Source of the DNA: Octopus sinensis | Lineage: Eukaryota | Assembly: GCF_006345805.1 (NCBI RefSeq) | Contig: NW_021823671.1 | Coordinates: forward strand, 1 to 17,852 | Length of the DNA stretch: 17,852 bases | Direction: 5' to 3' | The notes under the pieces: generated by a model | Database searches by the model: none | Told to the model about the DNA's origin: nothing | The model's input: the letters and a program-made list of their open reading frames with translations, nothing else | Translations under genes and position numbers: made by a program | Shown here: one piece after another, positions 8,224-17,852 of the stretch | Layout: every line of letters starts with the position of its first letter | Position numbering within the stretch: the first letter of the stretch is position 1

Positions 8224-8601
8224 TCTTTACTCTTTTACTTGTTTCAGTCATTTGACTGCGGACATGCTGGAGCACCGCCTTTAGCGAGCAAATCAACCCG
8301 GAGGACTTATTCTTTGTAGCCCAGTACTTATCCTATCGGTCTCTTTTGCCGAACACTAAGTGACGGGACGCAAACACACCAGCATCAGTTGTCAAGCAAT
8401 GCTAGGGGGACAAACATGGACACAAACACACACACACATATATATATACGACGGGTTTCTTCAGTTTCCGTCAACCAAATCCACTCACAAGGCAATGGTC
8501 GGCCTAGGGCTATAGCAGAAGACACTTGCCCAAGATGCCCACGCAGTGGGACTGAATCCGGAACCATGTGGTTGGTTAGCAAGCTACTTACCACACAGCC
8601 A
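8224..8601 (-). mobile_element. CORE-type tRNA-derived SINE, nearly full length, inside the spacer of the inverted repeat
   Basis: Collinear with 4502-4890 and with the reverse complement of 481-851. A short + fragment of the same family (GTTTTGTCCCCCTAGCATTGCTTG) is at ~8022-8046. Confidence 0.85.
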
Positions 8602-8710
8602 GACCCCAATTATGTTAATACCCACCATGCATCGCATCTATATATGTGTGTGTTATATATATATATATGCATGCATACACACACACATATATGGAGATGT
8701 CTGTTGTACG

Positions 8711-8741
<31 letters not shown>

Positions 8742-8828
8742 ACACGTATGCAGTGTATATGTACATATGTATATGTGTGTTGTATATTATATATTTACAT
8801 ATAGTTATTATTTGTGTGCATGTGTAGT

Positions 8829-8865
<37 letters not shown>

Positions 8866-8867
8866 AT

Positions 8868-8956
8868 ATATACGACAGTAGACGCTATAAAATTGTATCA
8901 AGTTCTTTACCGTTTTTGAACTGTAAGTTTTCTAATCAAATGATTAGGCACACATC

Positions 8957-8987
<31 letters not shown>

Positions 8988-8990
8988 CAT

Positions 8991-9026
<36 letters not shown>

Positions 9027-9250
9027 CAAACGCTCACACATATATTTGCATATGTCTATATATTCACATGTATATATTACGCATAAAATTTCTCATGTAT
9101 ATACAAATATCCTTCTATACCCACACACAACACCATTTATAGTCATGTACACAGGTGTGTGTGTATATATTATATATATAACATCACATAAGAATATATA
9201 TACATTAGATGTGGTGTGTGTGTATATATTATACATGTGATCTTGTATAA
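8868..9250 (-). repeat. Right arm of the long inverted repeat (partner 7606-7996)
   Basis: See left arm. Confidence 0.85.
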
Positions 9251-9725
9251 ATGTATGGACTTATCCCATTGATTTTTTATATCCAAATAAAGCAAAAAAA
9301 AAAAAGGGTCCTTCTTAATGACTTTCATTCTCAACACAAATCGAGTTATAGGGCTTTATGCAGTCGAAAACAAAAAATGGACAAACTGTGATGGGTGGAA
9401 ATATGAGTGTGATTGAGGGAATCTGACATGATAAGTAAGTGTTGGATTTTAATCAAAAGTATAAGAGAAGAAAGTTCACATCTATAACTTTCAAGTAATA
9501 TATAATTGGTCTGTGGAAAGAATGCATTTTGATGTGAAAATAGTCAAGCAAAAAAGTGGCTTTTGCTTGGTCAAAATTATGCTTGTCTCCCTTTTATGAA
9601 GCCCTTTAGTGATACCTATTTATTGACAGAAATATGAATGTGAGCTTAGGTTATGCAATATCAGAAACAGAAAAGACAGATAAAAGGAGCTCACTTTTTT
9701 GTGTACTTTTGTAAATAGTAGGGTA

Positions 9726-9974
9726 CTGCCAGCAGCGCTGGCCCCTGTGCCGGTGGCCCATAAAAAGCACCATCCGACTGTGGTCGTTGCCAGCCCCCGT
9801 CTGGCACGTAAAAAGCACCCACTACACTCATAGAGTAGTTGGCGTTAGGAAGGGCATCCACCAAAGAAACTTGCCAGATCAGACTGGGCCTGGTGCAGCC
9901 TTCTGCTTCACAGACCCCAGTTGAACCATCCAACCCATGCTAGCATGGAAGCAGACGCTAAATGATGATGATGA
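9726..9974 (+). mobile_element. 5'-truncated copy of the (GAT)n-tailed SINE
   Basis: AAAAAGCACC units at ~9762 and ~9810, GGCGTTAGGAAGGGCATCCA, CCAACCCATGCTAGCATGGAA..GACGCTAAATGATGATGATGA; homologous to 1-464. Confidence 0.75.
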
Positions 9975-10020
<46 letters not shown>

Positions 10021-10031
<11 letters not shown>

Positions 10032-10523
10032 CTGTAGTTGTGTGAGTGTCTGTCCCCTTCGATTTAGATTCCTAACCTACTCCCACATTTTGCGGTGCAG
10101 TTTAACCAAATTCGGGTATCTATAGTCGTGATTCATATCGAGCCTGTCTGAGTATTAGCACGCGTCTACGATAGTCTACGATTTTAAAAATAATTTAACA
10201 TCATTTTTTATTCATTTAATGCATAATTTTTCGTGTGTCGATAGCGGCGAAGCTGGCGTCCATGGTCACACCTGCACCTGTTTGCTTCTCCCCCTTCTCT
10301 CTCCCCTCGTGAAGCTGTGGGGAGGGATGTGTAAGGAAATCAACATCGTAAAGCGTTGTCAAGGAGACCAGCGTTCTTTTAGAACAACGACTTCATGGCT
10401 TGAAGACACCAAACAGAAATGGCTAAGAAAGCGCGAATTGGCATCTATAAGGGAAGTAACTCTCTAAAAATGCTTAATATTTTTTCCCTTACAAACCCGA
10501 GCAACGCCGGGCGGTACTGCTAG
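10021..10523 (+). mobile_element. Putative non-autonomous Helitron-like element inserted in a TA tract
   Basis: The 3' end has a GC-rich bulged hairpin CCCGAGC-AAC-GCCGGG (10496-10511) followed 8 nt later by CTAG|T (10520-10524), the canonical Helitron 3' signature. The 5' end merges into (TA)n as TATATAAAAACTG, so the 5' TC cannot be seen. No Rep/helicase coding sequence. Confidence 0.55.
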
Positions 10524-10649
10524 TATAATATATATATATATATGTGTGGTGTATTATGTATATATGTATGTATACATATATATGTATTATATATATATGA
10601 ACATATATATATATATTAAATATATATATATATATATATATATCTATAT

Positions 10650-10703
<54 letters not shown>

Positions 10704-10816
10704 GTGTATACATATATGTATGTATATATATGTGTATGTATATATATATATATATGTATAAATAAATGTATGTATATATATATGTATAAATAAATGTATG
10801 TAATATATGTATGTGT
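10524..10816. repeat. Compound (TA)n/(TATG)n microsatellite
   Basis: Directly visible; another pure (TA)n tract lies at 9976-10026. Confidence 0.9.
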
Positions 10817-10817
10817 C

Positions 10818-11318
10818 AAAGATCGGCAGCCAATTTCTAATCAAGCCCTGTAAGGGAGATAGATCTTAATACCTATAACGATAACTAGTGAATTATACAG
10901 AATATGCAAAACGAGGCGAGCTGAAATAGTAAACAGAGTGGCGACTAGGGGGATCAGAATAATGATATTAATAAATAATAATAATAAATAGAGATACGGA
11001 TGAATAAAGTTCAAAGATTTCTTATCTTGGGATCACTTCGTTTACGGACAGACTTGGCAAAAGGAATTCGGAATCAAGTGTGAGGCAGGTTACTAGCTTA
11101 ACTAGTTATCTTAGATATTTAAGATCTATCTCCCTTACAGGGTGATTAGAAATTGGCTGCCGATTCTTCGCGGGGGTTTCTCTCCCCTCTTTTTACATTG
11201 TCTGTCTGGACACCTTCTCTTCCTACTCCTCGCCATGGCTATGCATACTTAAGCTATTAACCTGCCTCACTCTGATTCCGAAAATCAGGCTGATTAGAAA
11301 TGGCTTCCGATTCTTCGC
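10818..11318. repeat. Interleaved inverted-repeat module at the satellite boundary
   Basis: 10818-10889 is the inverted counterpart of 11101-11168, and 11067-11101 of 11249-11283. 11143-11171 is directly repeated (degenerate) at 11291-11318. Confidence 0.75.
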
Positions 11319-11394
11319 AGCGCGCCCGCCCTACCCTTCCCAGCACCAATACCGGATATCTCTATTGCTCCAACTATAACGGATGTCGTTTCTC

Positions 11395-14300
11395 CCACCA
11401 TTATAGGTGTCTACTCTTTGAACCCCCTCTTCAATACGCTATTTCACATGCATCACTACTCTCTCTCGATATCCTACGTTCTACTTGCCTAGAACCTGTC
11501 TTCTGAACCACCCCTCCCACTGGTGCTCCCCTATATTTCTGCACCCCCCACCACCATTATAGGTGTCTACTCTTTGAACCCCCTCTTCAATAGGCTATTT
11601 CACCATGCATTACCCCTCTCTCGATATCCTACGTTCCACTTGCCTATAACCTGTCCTCTGAACACCCCTCCCACTGGTGCTCCCCTATATTTCTGCACCC
11701 CCCACCACATTATAGGTGTTACTCTTTGAACCCCCCTCTTCAATACGCTATTTCACCATGCATTACCCCTCTCTCGATATCCTCGTTCTACTTGCCTAAA
11801 ACCTGTCCTCTGAAACACCCCTCCCACTCCCACTGATGCTCCCTATATTTCTGCACCCCCCACCACCATTATAGGTGTCTACTCTTTGAACCCCCCTCTT
11901 CAATACGCTATTTCACCATGCATTACCCCTCTCTCGATATCCTACGTTCTACTTGCCTAGAACCTGTCCTCTGACCACCCCTCCCACTGGTGCTCTACCC
12001 TTCCCAGCACCAATACCGGATATATCTATTTTTGCTCAACTATACCGGATGTCGTTTCTCCCACCATTATAGGTGTCTACTCTTTGAACCCCCCTCTTCA
12101 ATACGCTATTTCACCATGCATTACTCCTCTCTCGATATCCTACGTCTACTTGCCTAGAACCTGTCTTCTGAACACCCCTCCCACTGGTGCTCCCCTATAT
12201 TTCTGCACCCCCCACCCCACCATTATAGGTGTCTACTCTTTGAACCCCCCTCTTCAATAGGCTATTTCACCATGCATTACCCCTCTCTCGATATCCTACG
12301 TTCTACTTGCCATAAACCTGTCCTCTGAACCACCCCTCCCACTAATGCTCCCCATATTTCTGCACCCCCCCCACCACCATTATAGGTGTCTACTCTTTGA
12401 ACCCCCCTCTTCAATACGCTATTTCACCATGCATTACCCCTCTCTCGATATCCTACGTTCTACTTGCCTTAAAACCGTCCTCTGAAACACCCCTCCCACT
12501 GATGCTCCCTATATTTCTGCACCCCCCACCACCATTATAGGTGTCTACTCTTTGAACCCCCCTCTTCAATACGCTATTTCACCATGCATTACCCCTCTCT
12601 CGATATCTACGTTCTACTTGCCTAGAACCTGTCCTCTGAACCACCCCTCCCACTGGTGCTCCCCTATATTCTGCACCCCCCACCACCATTATAGGTGTCT
12701 ACTCTTTGAACCCCCCTCTTCAATAGGCTATTTCACCATGCATTACCCCTCTCTCGATATCCTATACGTTCTACTTGCCTAGAACCTGTCCTCTGAACCA
12801 CCCCTCCCACTGGTGCTCCCCTATATTTATGCACCCCCCCCACCACCATTATAGGTGTCTACTCTTTGAACCCCCCTCTTCAATAGGCTATTTCACCATG
12901 CATTACCCCTCTCTCGATATCCTACGTTCTACTTGCCTAGAACCTGTCCTCTGAACCACCCCTCCCACTGGTGCTCCTATATTTCTGCACCCCCCACCAC
13001 CATTATAGGTGTCTACTCTTTGAACCCCCCTCTTCAATACGCTATTTCACCATGCATTACCCCTCTCTCGATATCCTACGTTCTACTTGCCAAGTACCTG
13101 TCCTCTGAACCACCCCTCCCACTGGTGCTCCCTTATATTTCTGCACCCCCCACCACCATTATAGGTGTCTACTCTTTGAACCCCCCTCTTCAAAACGCTA
13201 TTTCACCATGCATTACCCTCTCTCGATATCCTACGTTCTACTTGCCTAGAACCTGTCCTCTGAACCAACCCTCCCACTGGTGCTCCCCTATATTTTTGCA
13301 CCCCCCACCACCATTATAGGTGTCTACTCTTTGAACCCCCCTCTTCAATACGCTATTCACCATGCATTACCCCTCTCTCGATATCCTACGTTCTACTTGC
13401 CTAGAACCTGTCCTCTGAACCATCCCTCCCCACTGGTGCTCCCCTATATTTCTGCACCCCCCCCACCACCATTATAGGTGTCTACTTTTTGAACCCCCCT
13501 CTTCAATACGCTATTTCACCATGCATTACCCCTCTCTCGATATCCTACGTTCTACTTGCCTAGAAACTGTCCTCTGAACCACCCCTCCCACTGGTGCTCC
13601 CCTATATTTCTGCACCCCCCACCACCATTATAGGTGTCTACTCTTTGAAACCCCCCTCTTCAATACGCTATTTCACCATGCATTACCCCTCTCTCGATAT
13701 CCTACGTTCTTCGCCTAGAACCTGTCCTCTGAAACACCCCTCCCACTGGTGCTCCACTATATTTCTGCACCCCCCCACCACCATTATAGGGGTCTACTCT
13801 TTGAACCCCCCTCTTCAATACGCTATTTCACCATGCATTACCCCTCTCTCGATATCCTGAGTTCTACTTGCCTAGAACCTGTCCTCTGAACCACCCCTCC
13901 CACTGGTGCTCCCCTATATTTCTGCAACCCCCCACCACCATTATAGGTGTCTACTCTTTGAAACCCCCTCTTCAATAGGCTATTTCACCATGCATTACCC
14001 CTCTCTCGATATCCTACGTTCTACTTGCCTATAACCTGTCCTCTGAACCACCCCTCCCACTGGTGCTCCCTTATATTTCTGCACCCCCCACCACCATTAT
14101 AGGTGTCTAATCTTTGAAACCCCCTCTTCAATAGGCTATTTCACCATGCATTACCCCTCTCTCGATATCCTACGTTCTACTTGCCTATAACCTGTCCTCT
14201 GAACCACCCCTCCCACTGGTGCTCCCCTATATTTCTGCACCCCCCCACCACCATTATAGGTGTCTACTCTTTGAACCCCCCTCTTCAATACGCTATTTCA

Positions 14301-17300
14301 CCATGCATTACCCCTCTCTCGATATCCTACGTTCTACTTGCCTAGAACCTGTCCTCTGAAACACCCCTCCCACTGATGCTCCCCTATATTTCTGCACCCC
14401 CCCACCACCATTATAGGTGTCTACTCTTTGAACCCCCCTCTTCAATACGCTATTTCACCATGCATTACCCCTCTCTCGATATCCTACGTTCTACTTGCCT
14501 AGAACCTGTCCTCTGAAACACCCCTCCCACTGGTGCTCCCCTATATTTCTGCACCCCCCACCACCATTATAGGTGTCTACTCTTTGAACCCCCCTCTTCA
14601 ATAGGCTATTTCACCATGCATTACCCCTCTCTCGATATCCTACGTTCTACTGCCTAGAACCTGTCCTCTGAACCACCCCTCCCACTGGTGCTCCCCTATA
14701 TTTATGCACCCCCCCACCACCATTATAGGTGTCTACTCTTTGAACCCCCCTCTTCAATAGGCTATTTCACATTCCATGCATACCCCTCTCTCGATATCCT
14801 ACGTTCTACTTGCCTAGAACCTGTCCTCTGAACCACCCCTCCCACTGGTGCTCCCCTATATTTCTGCACCCCCCCCACCATTATAGGTGTCTACTCTTTG
14901 AACCCCCCTCTTCAATACGCTATTTCACCATGCATTACCCTCTCTCGATATCCTACGTTCTACTTGCCAATACCTGTCTCTGAACCACCCCTCCACTGGT
15001 GCTCCCTTATATTTCTGCACCCCCCACCACCATTATAGGTGTCTACTCTTTGAACCCCCCTCTTCAAACGCTATTTCACCATGCATTACCCCTCTCTCGA
15101 TATCCTACGTTCTACTTGCCTAGAACCTGTCCTCTGAACCACCCCTCCCACTGGTGCTCCCCTATATTTCTGCACCCCCCACCACCATTATAGGTGTCTA
15201 CTCTTTGAACCCCCCTCTTCAATACGCTATTTCACCATGCATTGCCCCTCTCACGATATCCTACGTTCTACTTGCCTAGAACCTGTCCTCTGATGAAACA
15301 TCCCTCCCACTGGTGCTCCCCTATATTTCTGCACCCCCCCCACCACCATTATAGGTGTCTACTTTTTGAACCCCCCTCTTCAATACGCTATTTCACCATG
15401 CATTACCCCTCTCTCGATATCCTACGTTCTTCTTGCCTAGACCTGTCCTCTGAACCACCCCTCCCACTGGTGCTCCCTATATTCTGCACCCCACCCCCAC
15501 CACCATTATAGGTGTCTACTCTTTGAACCCCCCTCTTCAATACGCTATTTCACATGCATTACCCCTCTCTCGATATCCTACGTTCTACTTGCCTAGAACC
15601 TGTCTTCTGAACCACCCCTCCACTGGTGCTCCCCTATATTTCTGCACCCCCCCACCACCATTATAGGTGTCTACTCTTTGAACCCCCTCTTCAATACGCT
15701 ATTTCACCATGCATTACCCCTCTCTCGATATCCTATGTTCTACTTGCCTAGAACCTGTCCTCTGAACCACCCCTCCCACTGGTGCTCCCCTATATTTCTG
15801 CACCCCCCCCACCACCATTATAGGTGTCTACTCTTTGAACCCCCCTCTTCAAAACGCTATTTCACCATGCATTACCCCTCTCTCGATATCCTACGTTCTA
15901 CTTGCCTAGAACCTGTCCTCTGAACCACCCCTCCCACTGGTGCTCCCCTATATTTCTGCACCCCCCCACCACCATTATAGGTGTCTACTCTTTGAACCCC
16001 CCTCTTCAATACGCTATTTCACCATGCATTACCCCTCTCTCGATATCCTACGTTCTACTTGCCTAGAACCTGTCCTCTGAACCACCCCTCCCACTGGTGC
16101 TCCCCTATATTTCTGCACCCCCCCACCACCATTGTAGGTGTCTACTCTTCGAACCCCCCTCTTCAATAGGCTATTTCACCATGCATTACCCCTCTCTCGA
16201 TATCCTACGTTCTACTTGCCTAGAACCTGTCCTCTGAACCACCCCTCCCACTGGTGCTCCCCTATTTTCTGCACCCCCCACCACCATTATAGGTGTCTAC
16301 TCTTTGACCCCCCTCTTCAATACGCTATTTCACCATGCATTACCCCTCTCTCGATATCCTACGTTCTACTTGCCTAGAACCTGTCCTCTGAACCACCCCT
16401 CCCACTGGTGCTCCCCTATATTTCTGCACCCCCCCACCACCATTATAGGTGTCTACTCTTTGAACCCCCCTCTTCAATACGCTATTTCACCATGCATTAC
16501 CCCTCTCTCGATATCCTACGTACTACTTGCCTAGAACCTGTCCTCTGAACCACCCCTCCCACTGGTGCTCCCCTATATTTCTGTACCCCCCCACCACCAT
16601 TATAGGTGTCTACTCTTTGAATCCCCATCTTCAATACGCTATTTCATCATGCATTACCCCTCTCACGATATCCTACGTTCTACTTGCCTAGAACCTGTCC
16701 TCTGAACCACCCCTCCCACTGAAGCTCCCCTATATTTTTGCACCCCCCCACCACCATTATAGGTGTCTACTCTTTGAACCCCCCTCTTCAATACGCTATT
16801 TCACCATGCATTACCCCTCTCTCGATATCCTACGTTCTACTTGCCTAGAACCTGTCCTCTGAACCACCCCTCCCACTGGTGTTCCCCTATATTTCTGCAC
16901 CCCCCCACCACCATTATAGGTGTCTACTCTTTGAACCCCCCTCTTCAATACGCTATTTCACTATGCATTACCCCTCTCTCGATATCCTACGTTCTACTTG
17001 CCTAGAACCTGTCCTCTGAACCACCCCTCCCACTGGTGCTCCCCTATATTTCTGCACCCCCCCACCACCATTATAGGTGTCTACTCTTTGAACCCCCCTC
17101 TTCAATACGCTATTTCACCATGCATTACCCCTCTCTCGATATCCTACGTTCTACTTGCCTAGAACCTGTCCTCTGAACCACCCCTCCCACTGGTGCTCCC
17201 CTATATTTCTGCACCCCCCCCACCACCACCATTATAGGTGTCTACTCTTTGAACCCCCCTCTTCAATATGCTATTTCACCATGCATTACCCCTCTCTCGA

Positions 17301-17852
17301 TATCCTACGTTCTACTTGCCTAGAACCTGTCCTCTGAACCACCCCTCCCACTGGTGCTCCCCTATATTTCTGCACCTCCCCACCACCATTATAGGTGTCT
17401 ACTCTTTGAACCCCCCTCTTCAATACGCTATTTCACCATACATTACCCCTCTCTCGATATCCTACGTTCTACTTGCCTAGAACCTGTCCTCTGAACCACC
17501 CCTCCCACTGGTGCTCCCCTATATTTCTGCACCCCCCACCACCATTATAGGTGTCTACTCTTGGAACCCCCCTCTTCAATACGCTATTTTACCATGCATT
17601 ACCCCTCTCTCGATATCCTACGTTCTACTTGCCTAGAACCTGTCCTCTGAACCACCCCTCCCGCTGGTGCTCCCCTATATTTCCGCACCCCCCCACCACC
17701 ATTATAGGTGTCTAAACATTGAACCCCCCTCTTCAATACGCTATTTCACCATGCATTACCCGTCTCTCGATATCCTATGTTCTACTTGCCTAGAACCTGT
17801 CCTCTGAACCACCCTCCCACTGGTGCTCCCCTATATTCTGCACCCCCCACCA
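11395..17852. repeat. Tandem satellite DNA, ~157-bp monomer, ~41 copies, running off the window end
   Basis: Consensus is approximately CCACCACCATTATAGGTGTCTACTCTTTGAACCCCCCTCTTCAATACGCTATTTCACCATGCATTACCCCTCTCTCGATATCCTACGTTCTACTTGCCTAGAACCTGTCCTCTGAACCACCCCTCCCACTGGTGCTCCCCTATATTTCTGCACCCCC. The anchor ATT(A/G)TAGG recurs at a ~155-160 nt period (e.g. 15974 and 16131), with one longer gap at the inserted leader (11995-12060). Confidence 0.97.

Noticed and set aside
481-8601. Inverted SINEs flanking the exon as a circRNA driver
   Set aside because: The exon is terminal, with no downstream splice donor identified, so back-splicing is not expected.
409-8919. Recurrent ORF MSSNARGTN...RPxAIAEDTCP at 409-687, 4671-4979 and 8389-8919
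   Set aside because: It recurs only because it is the antisense reading of the CORE-type SINE; the frame is not conserved between copies.
7038-10844. Tyr/Ile/His/Thr-rich ORFs here and at 940-2102
   Set aside because: These are translations of TA/CA/TG microsatellites and SINEs.
11300-17480. Many 60-128-aa ORFs (MLPYISAPPTTIIG...) in the satellite
   Set aside because: The monomer length of ~157 is not a multiple of 3, frames break in every unit, starts are mostly non-ATG, and there is no protein similarity that I recognise.
11395-17852. CRISPR-like or telomeric array
   Set aside because: The whole monomer is repeated, with no unique spacers and no cas genes, in a eukaryotic context; there are no (TTAGG)n or (TTAGGG)n runs.

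Overview
Eukaryotic, repeat-rich genomic DNA, most likely from an octopus or other coleoid cephalopod. That taxon call is an inference from the SINE families, recognised from memory. The only supportable protein-coding feature is the large terminal exon of a dystroglycan (DAG1) homolog on the + strand (5043-7003). It is preceded by a clear intron acceptor at a position equivalent to the vertebrate DAG1 intron. The exon is broken by roughly 15-20 single-base frameshifts, mostly at short homopolymers, while most hallmark motifs survive; an unpolished long-read assembly is therefore more likely than a pseudogene, though this is unresolved. It also shows features that single-base errors cannot explain: a very short mucin segment, a duplicated Ser/Thr/Pro stalk, and a missing conserved cytoplasmic block. 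The upstream intron holds three SINE families, an old ~200-bp tandem repeat and a piggyBac-like MITE. Downstream are a ~390-bp-arm inverted repeat, further SINEs, a Helitron-like non-autonomous element, an interleaved inverted-repeat junction, and a 6.5-kb array of ~41 copies of a ~157-bp C-rich satellite with internal multi-monomer block duplications. No CRISPR, rRNA, true tRNA gene or prokaryotic system is present. Almost all ORFs in the supplied track are artefacts of microsatellites, SINEs or the satellite.
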